From Octopus vulgaris (Eukaryota): DNA of 64,000 nucleotides. Location: NCBI GenBank assembly GCA_951406725.2, contig OX597825.1:54808001-54872000 (forward strand), given 5' to 3'. The notes below the pieces were generated by a model. The model was not told the origin of the DNA and made no database searches. It saw only the letters and a program-made list of their open reading frames with translations. Below, one piece after another: positions 28,088-42,560 of this stretch. Both the position numbers and the translations under genes were made by a program. Each line of letters starts with the position of its first letter. Position 1 is the stretch's first letter.

Positions 28088-28697
28088 GTATATTTATAGA
28101 CACATACATATGCACACAAGAAGTGAGTGAGTTGAATTAAAATGGGTTAATGAATGTAAGAAAACACAAATATACATGTGTACAGAACCAAAGAGAAAGC
28201 AATGAAATATTGAAGTTATAAATTAAATATTTTCCTCAGGAAATTTATTTCAACAAGCATGTAGCATTATACACAAATATATCGTATAATTTGTGCATGT
28301 GTTCTTGATTCATATGAATGCCCTCAGAAACAAATACGGGTAAATGGGTGTGAAAATATAGGCAAAGGTGTAAATGCAGCATGTGCACATGCATACCTAA
28401 CACACCTGAAGGTGTGTATGTATGCAAGTATGTATGTGTGTCTGTATATATGTGCGTGCGTGTGTGTGTATTATATTTGTATATATGTATTATACAAAAA
28501 TTATATAACATTAATATATATATATATATATATAGGCATATATATCATAGGCATATGGTACGCATATATACACATATGTATATATATGTGTGTGTGTGTA
28601 TGTTTGTATATAAATATGTGTGTGCATATATGCTAGAGTAACATACATGCATATATACATGCATATATAGATGCATGTGTATATATATATATACATC

Positions 28698-28731
<34 letters not shown>

Positions 28732-28952
28732 CGTATACACACAAATATACACACACACATACAATATATATATATATTTATATATATATATATACATTGG
28801 GTATGAGAAGTATTGGTGTCAAGAAGACCCAAAGGTGTCAGGTAGTACTGAGTAAGGGCTATGGACAGACTATAGTTAATCTCCAGGTTTGATAATGATA
28901 CGAATGAGGAGTCTAACGTAGGTCATTTATTTGCATACGTCTATATAAAAAT

Positions 28953-29289
28953 TAACCGAATGAGATAAAAATATCCAAGCCTGTGAACAGTTTTTAGAAC
29001 ATTTATAAAGAGAAGGTCTTACAGCTGTTTCCGGGATATTTTATATATCCCTTCGTCAGAGACGGTGCGAGAAAATGTTTACGTAATAGTTATTGTAGAG
29101 AAGATATGGAATACAGAGTGAAGTGGAAGAATGAAAACACGTGTGATACGTAAGGATATTGTATTTGCAGTTCCATTATTTAAGCAGAGTGGTGTGTGAT
29201 ATATAAAATATCCCGGAAAGAACTGTAAGACCTTCTTTTTATAAATGTTCTGAAAACTATTCACAGCCCTGAATTTTTATCTCATTCTG

Positions 29290-29292
<3 letters not shown>
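28953..29292. mobile_element. Inverted-repeat structure (~95-bp arms, ~150-bp spacer), probable Penelope-like pLTR with truncated inverted copy
   Basis: 28953-29048 is the reverse complement of 29198-29292 with scattered mismatches. The left arm carries a hammerhead motif. Confidence 0.7.
29016..29063 (-). ncRNA. Minimal type I hammerhead ribozyme candidate
   Basis: GUCU-CUGACGA-A-GGGAUAU-AUAAA-AUAUCCC-G-GAAAC-AGCU-GUA-AGAC: intact cores, 4-bp stem I, 7-bp stem II (A/G at its base), palindromic ACAGCUGU stem III and GUA site. Confidence 0.6.
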
Positions 29293-29345
<53 letters not shown>

Positions 29346-30370
29346 GTAGAGAGATAGAGATTCATGTAGGTACACTAGTACACTAGTTGTAAAGGTTTCA
29401 TAAACCATTCACCTCCAAACACACAGATGTATGCTAAGCTATATCTCTTAAACAATAATATATAAACAAACATGGCTATACTAACATAAACATACAGTAC
29501 GTATATAATTCTACTGAAACAAAACATTTAACAAGGAAATGGGATAGAAATGTACGCTTAATCATAAAGTGACCCTTCGGGGTTGAAATGTAAGAGTAGG
29601 CTGAAAACTGAGCCAGTCTCTACGCTAAAAATGCAAATTCAAATGAATCCATAAATAATTATAAAATGAAGAGCGTGAATCCAACTACAACTGCAGCTTT
29701 CACCTTGGGTTAAATTTACATATGTATGTATCAAACAAGATGCTAGTCACTGAGTTATCTCTATGGATCCGTATTCTTATTAAGTTATCTCCGGAAAGTG
29801 AGAAAATACACTATGCTAATTTAGTAATTAGATAATAAAATATGAAGTTAGCTCTTCGTTGCACTCCAGGTAGAGCAATATTAAACTTTTATGTTTGACT
29901 ATAGAAGAATGAGTGTAAAATGGGAGATAAATGATAAAGACTTGTGATTGAAATAAAGATAAAAAGAAAAAAGTCATGCACATATATATGTGCATAGATA
30001 TCAGTAGATAACAACACATAAATACCTTCATACACACACACACACACACACACACATGTATAGAAAGGTGTTTATATGGTAAAATGAGCTAATGAATAAA
30101 ACATTCATGAATATTAAGTGAATAAAGAGTAACAAGGTAAAAGAAAAAAATATAAAGAAATATAAAGAAAATATTTTGCATGTGGTATTCAAATAAGTAA
30201 ACTTGTATAAATGTACCCACATGTGTATGCATATAACAAGTTATATAAATTTACATAGTGTAAGTACTCTTAGAAATAACGTGTGTGGAGATACGGATGA
30301 TAAAATTTCAAATTGTAACCACGTGTGAATCGTTGGCGATTTTCTTCCTCCGTCTTTAGGACTTACCTCC

Positions 30371-30405
30371 ATTTCTGAAGAAGAGCTTTGCTCGAAACAT
30401 TAAAT
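30371..30405 (+). ncRNA. Minimal hammerhead-like motif
   Basis: AUUU-CUGAAGA-A-GAGC-UUU-GCUC-GAAAC-AUU-AAAU. Stem III is essentially absent. Confidence 0.4.
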
Positions 30406-30501
30406 TCTCTTTCTTTCCTTCCCTGAGCGTCTGACAATATATTACATGTACCACGTCCTCGCGTTGTTGCTTTTTCATGTTTGTTCTTTGTTTAGATTCA
30501 C

Positions 30502-30541
<40 letters not shown>

Positions 30542-32899
30542 TCTGTGTGTTTACATGTATGTATGTATGTATGTATGTATGTATGTATGTATGTATGTAT
30601 GTATAATACATATACTCTTAAAGGCAAACACCTACTTACATAAATACAAACACATACATACAGATAGGCACATGAACGCTGATCTAGCTACACTATTTGT
30701 AATATACCAGCCACATTTACGTATATACAAATATATTGGAGGAATTCACAGAAGCAATGATAAAAAAATGCAAAGATATATCAGAATAGGGATATACTTA
30801 AATCCGCTTAAATAAAAACTAATAAAGCAAAAGAAAAACTATACCGTTTCATAAAAACGTCATTTTGGTACAAATATGACGGTTCACTAAACATCGAACC
30901 AGTTCATATTTGAAAATCCAGAGGAGCAGATACATTTACGTACGCCAATAAAATTGAATAGAAACAAATCTAAATGCCCAAATAGAATAACATCCAAGAT
31001 ATACATGTGCACTCTGTTGAGGAAAAGGTAGCTCTCGCCTGGCTACCGTATCATAGATTCTAATCTATGCTTGTGCACCTACTTTTTGCGAAAATTATAT
31101 CAAAGTGTTCCGATGTACATAGGCTACAAGATTTTTTTCCGGGATATAGTATGTCTCCCGCTAGAATGCTCCATTTGAATGTAAACTATTCTTTCGTTCT
31201 CTTTTCAAATATAGAATAAGATTGAAGCAACGTATAGTTGCATCTGCTTTAGATTCGAAATATATTTGGGTGTTTCGTTTCAATCGGCACACATGTATGA
31301 TGGTTTATGGAGGTTGTTTGTTAGCTATTATGAGATATTTGTACATAAGTGAATGTGACTGTTCTATGAAACATTAATGGTTTCGCGATTTGAGCCTATA
31401 TGCTCACACATATGCATGCCTACATGTGGGGAGGGATCTATGTATATATGTATATGCATGTGTGAATTTGTGTCTGTACAGAGGTAAATAGTAATTGAGA
31501 GAATAATGAAATATTAATACATTTTACAGGAGATACTTAATTGCATAAGATATAAATGCATCTAAATATATGCTTAGAACTACATATATAGGTGTGTGTG
31601 ACTCAAATACTCTCCGTATCAAAGAAGCAAATGCAGACAGATGAGTACAAAAAGGTGTAAAAAGTAACACACAGACACACACAGCGGCACTCTTAAAGGT
31701 ATAGACACACACACACACATGTATGTATGTATGTATGTATGTATGTATGTATGTATGTATGTATGTATGTATGTATGTATGTATGTATATAGCTATGTAT
31801 GTATATATGAATATAGTTATGTCTATGTACACATACATGAGTGCGCACTTTCCTTTACTTCAACCATAAATCATTAGCAATGATGTACCATTATTTCTTA
31901 CTCTTCAATATTTAGACTTAGAAGCTGACTATTGTTTATCCTGAAGCACAAAGAATCGATAACTTTCTCTTTTTTATCTATGTAGTAAATCAGCTTAAAA
32001 GTACTTTCTTACTTTGGAGTTTTCCGTTCATTCCCTCAGATAACAGAATAACAAATATTTCGTTTCATCGTTTCATTAACACACATTTAATTTCATACTG
32101 ATATAACTTATTTCATTTCTTCTAATATCCTAATATTCTTACTTGCTGCGTAGCATGTCTCTTTGTGTATTTACTTTTATATGTATACCTATATACACCC
32201 TTTCCCATTTCCAAGCTGCCAGCAAATAATTTATCGATACTCGTGGACTTCTTACCAACCTAAATCGCATTCATCATTTCTTTCTCCCACAGACACTCAC
32301 AGATTATACCTTTCCTATGCACAAATCTCTCGGTCTATATCTACAATTCATCAGCACTATACATGTTATACTCATTATTCAAACTTCACTCCTTGGCTTA
32401 AAAACACTCAACTCTCTCTGTTACTCACCTTTCTCAGATATATCGCCAATAATGACAGCCACTTACACTGTTTCATAGTCTCCTTCCTTCACCTTTGTTG
32501 CTTTCCTAACTTATCTAGTCCTTCATACTCGCAACTCCTTGTGGCCCTGTCATAAATCCTACACCGATGCTGCCGGTGCGGAAATCTAATTTATTGCAGT
32601 CCTCAGTTCTCTCCAAGTTCTCTTATCCTTGTTACACATCCCAGATCGACACAGACATACAAACACCCTTGATCCATTTCTCACCTCTATCCCTAACCTC
32701 AACCAAACTGTAACTATCAGGTTGCGCTACTACTGCCTCATCGTCATGCCCGACAGAAAAATCTCCTTGTCCCCCACTCTGTAGCACTTCAGTTTAACTG
32801 ACTTTTCAGATCTTTATCTGTTTAATGCTGGCAGTATGTTTTATTTTTGACTTATCGGAAACAGTGAAGAGAATGATTGGAACTATCTTTTTAGACAAG

Positions 32900-34500
32900 A
32901 CTCTCCACATCTTGCACACAAAGAAATTCAATGTCTCGAGTTCTCCAGTAATTTACTGATTGTTGCACGGGAAACATTCAGGCAGAAACGAAGCTTAGAT
33001 CGCTCGGAGAAACTCACTCCGCTCTCTCTTCCACTCAGATCTTGGAAGTGTTAACCCAGCAGCACAACTCTTGCAAATTATAATTTAAATCATAAGACCA
33101 TGTATCGCACAGCTATAAAGCTTTGCTATCCCTGAAACTTCAGCTGATCAAGCTGGCTGTTTGCCAGAAATCTATCTACCAATTTTGCAGATCTTTTCCC
33201 TTCACTTCACAACAACGATAGTTCTATGAAGAGTACTGCCTCCACCCGAACTTCCCACTATACAACCAGCCTCACTCTGTGCATACTTGGCAAAATACCT
33301 TCCCCTCTCCACCAACTTGCATAGCATAAGTCATGTGTGTAGGTTCCTTCAGTTGCTTCAGCCTAACAAGGACAACATCCTGAACACGGTCCTTTCTATC
33401 ACCTGCAATCTTTCTACCCTATATCTAACCTCTATGCTCTATAATCTCTCTCTCTTTCTCTCCCTCGCTCTCTTTACTGTAATTTATCTTGCCCTTTAGA
33501 AACACACTACAAACCGTCCCATCCAAAGAAATCAAGCTCTCCGACCCTCAACTCACATCTAATTTCTCTCAGTTAATAAAAATAGCGTTATTAACAAAGG
33601 TAAAGTTCTCTCTTTCTCTTTCTTTGTTTCTCTCTCTCTTCTCTCTCTCTCTCTTCCCCACTCTCTTCTATCTCCCTGTATGTCCCTCCTTAACGACCAT
33701 CAATATGTCATCTATTCTCCTATGTCACCCAACTGTGGGCTCGTAGAGAAATTTTATGAAGCAATGTTGCTGCTCTCGATGTCAACGGTGTCTGGCATAC
33801 AAAACTGTCCCTCTATGGGCTCCTCCCGTTTCATCTATTGGATCAGCAGCGTCCTATCAGAACGCACTATCACAACGCCATGTGTTGACTGACCACTTTC
33901 TCTTCTTCATTCTGGTATAATCTAGATTGTGATTTTTATCCCCCATTTCCCTGTTATACATCAATATTCTCCTTGCTATCACATCCAACAGCTCTCAATT
34001 TTTAGGCAGACGGTGCTACCCTTTATTCTTTCCCAAACTTACTTCAGCCTTCCATCACGTAGACCCTATCTAGGAACCACGCGTCAAACCTGCATCAATT
34101 CTATGAATAGAGACCTCATAAACATCCTCCAATAGAGATATACCTATCTAGTTTCTTAGAAGAAAACACAAATGATACCCATACGAAGAAATTATGGCGC
34201 CACATATACCTTAAACACAAGCACACAACAAGAGTTCTAACGAACGCACCAAAAGCAGAACTTCTCTATCATCGAGGATCTCTCCTGGCAAAAGTACATC
34301 TGTGATAAAGCTAAAACTTTGACAATTGTTCCCCTCTCATACTCTTCAAAGCTCAGATGATGTCCTCAATGAACGATGCTGCTGACAACAAGGGGATCCT
34401 CGACGGTATCCAGATGGTAGGCATATAGACATACACAGAAATACTCCAGCCTTTATCCTACAGGCCTGTTATTTTACCCCTGTTTTAATAGTCTCCAGTC
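32900..34500 (+). mobile_element. Heavily decayed Penelope-like RT remnant
   Basis: Scattered motif-like pieces (a ..SMGSS segment near 33810 and a VLPF segment near 34015). No sustained frame. Confidence 0.3.
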
Positions 34501-34933
34501 TTCGGGTCTGAATGGACTCATTCGACTCTCCTTCACCTCACATCATTCACTTGTCTTCTTCCAGTTTTTCCTTACAAAAAAGTCGGACTCGTGGAACTTC
34601 TTTCTGACTCATACCTTTCCTTGCAGGTGTTGACGCATATTTGATTCACTAATGCCATCAGTCTCAGCGGCCTTGTGGTGGGTAAGAGAGAATGTAAAAC
34701 CCAAGGTCTCTGCTCATTCTTTAAAACCCAGTGAGTAAAACAAAGTATGCTTTTATAACAAATTAAGTCTCTGTTCATGTTTTAAATTTCATATTAATTA
34801 TTCTATGTATCTTCATCCAAAATTGATCTCAGAACAAGCATCGGAACAGTCACGAGTGGTTTTCTCATTTCTGTAAAACTTTTAGCAATGTGATTCAAAG
34901 GCAACACACACACATTATTGTTGTTGTTGTCGT

Positions 34934-35085
34934 TACGTTCGGAGTTCAAATTCCATCGAGATCAACTTTGCCTTTCATGCTTTCGAGGTCGATAAAATAA
35001 ATCCCACTCATGTAACAGGCTCGATGTGACCGACTAGCTCCCTCCCCAAAAAATGTCAGGCCTTTGCCTTTATTAAAAGGGTTAT
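34934..35085 (+). mobile_element. Family C SINE 3' part
   Basis: GAGTTCAAATTCC..CGAG.TCAACTTTGCCTTTCAT..TTTCG.GGTCGATAAAATAA. Confidence 0.75.
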
Positions 35086-35129
35086 TATTCTTTTACATCA
35101 ATATATTCGGATTGACGTTCTCACCTTGC

Positions 35130-35680
35130 TCACTATAGCTACGTTTCGGCTGACTTCGGCCTACTCTAGGTGATTATAATATTCAGTTATGTTCTTGGAT
35201 TTTGGAACCGAACCTATTATTAAATTCACAGGTGTTGGTTTTTGGAGGGGTAGGAAAGTTGATTTTTTTTTCTTCCATCCTAAAAGGATTCTCTTTGTCA
35301 GTTATTCCACATTTGTTATACCGCTACTGTGTTACGCTTCAATTAGAGTATCTATATCTTGATTAACCTATGGATTGAACTTAGATCTGGGAGCTAAACT
35401 GCTGCTCTGATGGTGAATCAGCACTTATAATCACTATCTCAGTATTCCTGAACAATTTCTCTTTTCCTTGGTGTAGTAAACTATAACATCTTTATAATGA
35501 TTCTGCTGACTATTTTGTAATATTTATGTTGTGGCGCAAAATGTTTTGATTAGTTTAAAGAAGATATTTATTAGAATGCCAACTACTAGGCTAAACAGAG
35601 GATTAAACCAATGTCTCTATTTTTGTTTCTTGTGTGTACAGGTGTTTTTCCTTATACTAAAATTTTAGTATTAATGACTT
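35130..35680 (-). mobile_element. Penelope-like C-terminal remnant
   Basis: Minus strand WFNPLFSL.V....IFFKLIK..F.PQHKYYKI..R..IK matches the PLE linker motif, ending near a decayed GCCGAAACGTA motif at ~35140-35150. Confidence 0.55.
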
Positions 35681-36845
35681 CAAAATAGGGTTTACCTATA
35701 ATATACATTTCTTTGGGTCTAGGAACAGAGAAAACTCCGCTTCCCTGTTTTGCTATATCTTGAGACACTGGAACGAGAGAATTGCTCCACTCAGTATAAC
35801 CTGATACATAGTCAACGAAGTACTTTCCTAGTCACTCGGAACACACGGTTGTTACTTTTGTGTCTGTGAAAAGCTGCATATATTGCAACAGTCAGTTGTG
35901 TCTCTTCACAAGCGTAACTCTCTGCTAACTTTAAAGCATTCTGTTAACATTATTTTATAAGTTTTATCCCACATATACCAACAGTCTACTGTTTCCTAAA
36001 ACACAAGATTTGAAATGATTCCCTACAGACAATTTGCAGTTTTCCATAAACTTTACTCTCACTACTAGAATTTCTAACCAATGATGTTGCTTCAGTTAAT
36101 TCAAAGACAAAAATATCTCAATGAATAAAAATTATTTCCGTTTATGTAATCACTTAAGAATCAAACAATTTCATAGGAATAAAAAGAAAATCTTTTGCTC
36201 TCCTACTCTCTTAAATGTTATGTTTCAATGCGAAAATTTTGAATAGCTTAAAGCAATTATTGATTGAATCAGTAACACTAAAAAATAAACGTCACTTAAT
36301 TTAAGAACATTTCAAACATATAAATCTTTCCAACAAAATGGAATGTGCGTTTTAAAGATTGAAAAAATATATAATCTGATAGCACTAATATATTGGCCGA
36401 GTAAGTGCAATTTCTCAAAATGGAATTATGCTTACTAGGCACTGAATCTGAAAGTTTTATGTTGTCTATATAATCATACAACTGAAAGCCTTTCCTAGAC
36501 TTCCTTTTTTGAATATCATGTTCTCCCCATTCTGTAAGTTTTCTATCGTATTTAAATCTGAGAGTTGTGCTGACCAATGCAGAACTCGGATTTTCCTGTT
36601 TTTGGCGAATTCCATAGTATTCCTGTAAAATGCTTCAGGTTGTTGTTTGTCAAGGTGAAAAATACCAATCTCTTGACAGAGATCTGCCTAAAAATCATAT
36701 ATATATATATATATATATACAATATAATATAATTTTTGAAAAGCTCACTTGTCCTCATTTACTTTTCTCATGGGCTTAAGATTTGAACATAGACTAATCA
36801 AACAAGATTGTGGTTGCAAGAGTTGAAATATAATTTCTTTAACTA

Positions 36846-37330
<485 letters not shown>

Positions 37331-38499
37331 AACTCTACTGGCGGTGCGTATGCCCAATAGCTACAGATGGTTAATTTCATCAACAACGCATGAACACTCA
37401 CAGTTAAGGACGGTGATGTTATGGTTTGGAGCAAAGATTTCTTGAGTCTACACTGTTCACGATTTACTTGATTTAATTCATGGGACAGCACCCAGTTTGA
37501 GACACGCAGTCTCAAACCACAGATTTACCATCACAGCTTTATTGTGAGCTTCATGCGTTATGAATAAAATTAATCGCCCATATACACTGGATGTACGGTC
37601 GGTCAGGAGAATCGAACAAATAAAATTCCAACTCATCCATATGTTCTACTCTTAAGTTCCAGAGAAATTGACATGAGGGCTAGTTAGTTTCTCATAAAAA
37701 TATAGGGTTTTTGTTTTTCACACAGAACATGCCGTACAGACGCCAACCGCTTTAGTCGATTTTTAATGATAGTAACGCCAATTAACATGTGGTGTTTATA
37801 CAAAATTTCATTTAAAATGCCAGTGGTAGATAATATCTGTTTTTTTATTTTATTGTATTCTTTATTATTGCTTATTTCTTTTTTTATTAGTGGTAGATAA
37901 TATCATCACCTTCACTAAGGAACTATAATGGTATCGCACTGCTCATTTAGCTGTTCTTTGCTGTTGCTCTGATCAAGGACAGTAGAATAGCCAACCAGCA
38001 GTTTTATTGAAGGTGTCTACAGAAAGATGAACAACAGACTGAACATTCAGTTGTAACAACAACGGTCTGAAAGATTTATTTAACCTTATGCTATTTAACG
38101 ATTTTGGTAAGATTTTTTTCGTTTACGCATCACTCCAGATCTTATCCCATAGTTATGAACTGTCCGTCTTACTTAGGGAAAGTATACTAACAATACTGAA
38201 ACTAAATTATATTTTATAAAAAGCTCTTACATAAGATAGCATTCATATCAGTAATTTTATTAATTCCGTCAGTTAATTACATTGAGCTAACTAAAAGAAA
38301 TTCGTGCTAAAACTTGCACCAGTTAAAAGAGTAAAAACACTGTCTTTTTATTCCTTTATAGTTACGTAGTTACAATCGTGATTAAATAAACGGAAATAAT
38401 TAAAGTTTAATCAACAGTAAACTCTTGCCTTTAAACTATGTGACAGTGCAAACACACAGACACACTCATTTTATATACATAATATATATATATATATTC

Positions 38500-38533
<34 letters not shown>

Positions 38534-38561
38534 ATACATATACACATACATGTGTATACAT

Positions 38562-38592
<31 letters not shown>

Positions 38593-38736
38593 ATGTATGT
38601 ATACATTATATACACATATGTATGTATATATTTATATATGTGTGTGTATACATATATACATACATGCGTATAAATTTATATTCATATATGTATGTATACA
38701 TTACATAGACACATGTATGTATGTATGCATATATAT

Positions 38737-38810
<74 letters not shown>

Positions 38811-39261
38811 AGACACAGACATATCTGCGCACTTACAAAGTTCGACAATTTGGGAAAGGAAAGTGTCTCCTACTTTCGCTTCGGGCTTGTGAGTGAATTT
38901 TATAAACGGATACTGGAAGAAGCCTAATGTATTTGTTTGTGTGAGTTTGTATGTGTGTGTACACACACACACACACACACACGTACACGCACGCACGCGC
39001 ACACCGAGTAACACGCAACTAAATAATCTTTTTGAAATAATAATGATAGTCAGTTTCGTATCTATTGTTTAGAGAATGAGAAACAGTAGCTGACGAAGTA
39101 GCTATAAAATCCCTTATCCATATTGATGAACCTTCTCGTCACTGTCAAGCGACCCCTACAAGCTCTTTGTCCGGAAAGAACAAAGAGATTAGGCAGAAAC
39201 TACAAGACTTATTTTTGGAATACATCTTTTACATCTCTCTCTCTCTCTCTCTTCTTGTCAA

Positions 39262-40640
39262 GTGACCATCTTTAAGATGGCGACCATCAGTGTCAATACA
39301 AGGAAAGATAGGTCGGGTGAAATTGTAGAGATGCCGCAACGTACGGCAAGTAGGTGTGTATTTTGTGCAAGAAAATTGAAAAGAGCCTTAGCCAGACTAC
39401 TCACCGTCGAGGAACATGGGTACAAATATTTATGCATTGATTGTAATGATGGATTAGATGAAGTAAGCAAGTACGAATATTATTAACAGAGAGATGGATA
39501 TATAAAGTAATCAAAGCAGTCAGAGTGTGCAATAGGTTAATTAAGTCTCAGTCTTCGACAACACGACCGTGACCTTTATCTCTGCCTATGCATAACTGTT
39601 ATGTCCGGTGGATGAATAAAAGAATTATCGAAGCTATGGCTATAGTAAACGAAGAGAGAAAGGATCAAGGCTCTGGGATTTCTGTGTTGCATATGAAGCC
39701 ACCACGTACAAAAACCAACTTCAAGAAGCCAACCAGCCAACTAATTAACGACGGATGAACACGGAAGCCAGGTATAATGCATACTCCCCTGAAAAAGGGG
39801 TGATGTCTGGTTGTGAATGCGAAGTCTATCCCTGATGAAAAGAATACCATCCAATATAGACTAGGGGGAGATGTTCTAGGAACCGGTTGGAGAAAGTTCA
39901 GAGAGATATGATCTCTACTAGTAAGAAAAGGATCCTCCCTCAGAGTGAAGGGAAGGATATATGATGCTTGTGTGCAAAGAATGGTGTTACATCGCAGTGA
40001 GACTTGGGCCTCGACTACAAAAGATCTGCGAAAGCTAGAAACACATCAAAAGGATGTGTAGTATTAGCGTGCATGAATGATTGAACACAGGGTAGTGAGA
40101 AGAGAGCGTTGGCATGGGTATGTGATACGTATGGAGGAAGATAGCTATATAACGATGTGATACGTATGGAGGAAAATAGCTATATAACGATGTGATACGT
40201 ATGGAGGAAGATAGCTATATAACGATGTGATACGTATGGAGGAAGGTAGCTATATAACGATGTGATACGTATGGAGGAAGGTAGCTATATAACGATGTGA
40301 TACGTATGGAGGAAGATAGCTATATAACGATGTGATACGTATGGAGGAAGGTAGCTATATAACGATGTGATACGTATGGAGGAAGGTAGCTATATAACGA
40401 TGTGATACGTATGGAGGAAGGTAGCTATATAACGATGTGATACGTATGGAGGAAGGTAGCTATATAACGATGTACCGTGTGCTGGAAGGAAATGAAATCT
40501 TTGGAAGAAAAAAACTAAGGAAGACCTAGGACGAAGTGCTGAAGTCAAATCTGAAGTGTTACATCTCATAGAAATGACAAATATTTGCGTGGTGGTTGGC
40601 GGTATACTCGCTCAGGATTGGCAAAAATGGACGTTAAATT
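39262..40640 (+). mobile_element. RTE-clade LINE remnant (APE endonuclease start and post-RT C-terminus), large internal deletions
   Basis: MATISVNT.K.RSGEIVEM..R (endonuclease N-terminus); LRVKGRIYDACVQ..VLH.SETWA; RW.G.V.RMEED; GRKK.RKT..EV.K; 3' end AAAATGGACGTTAAA. Confidence 0.75.
40120..40473. repeat. Young 35-bp tandem repeat x10 (ATGTGATACGTATGGAGGAAGRTAGCTATATAACG)
   Basis: Ten head-to-tail units with no spacers. One A/G variable site plus one private substitution in unit 2. Confidence 0.97.
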
Positions 40641-41671
40641 TCTCTCTCTCTCTTCTCTCCTCTCTCAAATATAACACGCAGATAGAAAATACCAGGCTTT
40701 AATAGGAAATCACAATATTTGTTTCTGCACTGGAGACCAGCATTAAGTTGCTAGATTTGCATTTACATATCACTATATAAGATTATTCTCTAGAATTACT
40801 ATATAGTTAAATATTTTTCTACAACAGTTGTGTGTGGGTGCTTCCTCATGTGGATGGCGATCCAGTACAGTCGGATCTTAAAAAATTTCCTCAAATATAC
40901 CATGTCCGTTGCTCTTCACCAATCAGTTTATTAGATTCACACCACCCATGTTGTTGTGATATAACAGTATTGTCTATACCTTTATCGTCCGTTTCACTTT
41001 CGTCCACCCTTCATCATTCTTGCTCCCTGCACTCATGTTCCTATTACACATCTCACACACGTCATCCTCTTATGAAAATCAATCGTACTTTACTATACTA
41101 TCAGTGTAACAAAAGATGACAACGTTCACTCTTCTGTTTAACATACATTGTATTCTTTCATCTGTTATTTGTCAACTATTCACCATTCTGGGTATTACTT
41201 CAGACCGCATCTAGTAGTGGGATCCTGGTTCAGGAGTTCCATGGTTTTGGAAAGTATTTAACCACTTCTAGGCCACTATTGTTCCCTGGTTTACTCTGAC
41301 TCTCGAAATAGTGACACCTTTCAGTGCACTTGCTATGTTATGGAAGAAAGTCGAAGCAGAAACTCTGTCTTCTGAGTGCCTTGGGAAAGGAAAAGGTTGG
41401 GCAGTCAAGCTCGACAGCAGATTAAAGAGTAGAGTCTCTCAGGTGACCTCTTTGACCCCCTTCCAGTGACTCCAAGGTTGAGATCTATAAGGCAGTTATT
41501 CCCCTTGGAGAAAGCCACTTCAAAGTAAAACCTACAGCCTGCTGGTCGCTTTAGCCATCTCAGCTCGCTGAGCCACGGTGCTCAGGCTTCCAAATCTAAA
41601 GAGTGGAATCGGATTGTGTAGACTAATTCTCACTTTAAAACTACAAAGTGCAGACTGGAAGAAAAGTCGGG

Positions 41672-41898
41672 TCATGCCGACTCATAAGGACCGGTTTCCA
41701 TGGCGTATAAGTTCCCCACCTGGACGAGACGCCGGTCCATAGAAGGATTACTCCTCGTTTTGCCAGCTGAGTGGACTGGAGCAACGTGAATTGAAGTGTT
41801 TTGCTCAAGAACACAATACATCGCCCGGTCCAGGAATCGAAACCACAATCTTACGATCATGAGTCCAACACCTTAACCACTAAGCCACGGGCCTCCAC
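41672..41898 (-). mobile_element. tRNA-derived SINE, family E (related core to family B)
   Basis: Minus head GTGGCTTAGTGGTTAAGGTGTTGGACTCATGATCGTAAGATTGTGGTTTCGATTCCTGG and TTCTTGAGCAAAACACTT core. Diverged plus copy at ~61030-61280. Confidence 0.8.
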
Positions 41899-41929
41899 AA
41901 AGCCTAAGGTCGGTTCACATAGTCACTGA

Positions 41930-42560
41930 AGGACGTCCCGCTTTTCTTCCTGATCTTCAGACACAAAGAAACTGTCCATCTACAGTTCACCACATATTGA
42001 TTCTTTTACCGATGTTTAGTACTCGTTATCTATCACTCTCTCCTCTCCTCAATTCTCACTATACTATTCTGCAGTGAGACTGAGTAAAGCAGCAGATCTC
42101 TTCTGTTTGTCTTAAATTGCTTCCAATCTGAATGTCACTGCACCTACTATGACCCTCTTCCCATCACCGCTTTTATATAACTCCCTATTCCTCATTCCAC
42201 CACCCACCCTCATCACTCAACCCCATCTCATGACTCATGTGTAGATGGCTACACTGGATCATTTGCGCCCAGTTCACTCTACCATCACCTTCCCCTTCTG
42301 TTTTGCCTCTCATCACTCTGTGTCAATATGTTTGTCAGCGTATTTTTGTTCCTTTTCTCCTACATATTATCAGCCTTTGACATTGTTCTTGCCCCTGGAT
42401 CATGCACACATTCCTGTTAACACCCTGCCATCTCAGTCATATTGCCTTCAACGTTCATTACTACTTCAGCATACTGGGTACGCTTTATCACTCACGGATC
42501 CCACTATTATTCATGCCTCTATATCCTATGCTTTTTACTCTGTAAAGAAGCGGACGAGCG
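41930..42560 (-). mobile_element. Decayed RTE-like LINE fragment
   Basis: Pyrimidine-rich plus strand with weak RTE-like C-terminal/RT wording on the minus strand. No long frame. Confidence 0.35.

Noticed and set aside
34572-34900. Mariner-like fragment (WV.H.L motif); similar weak hints at ~4060, ~37400 and ~38000
   Set aside because: Single short motifs without TIRs or a catalytic triad. Too weak to call.
40120-40473. CRISPR-like array (35-bp repeats)
   Set aside because: Units are contiguous with no unique spacers, there are no cas genes, the context is eukaryotic, and the unit derives from RTE LINE coding sequence.
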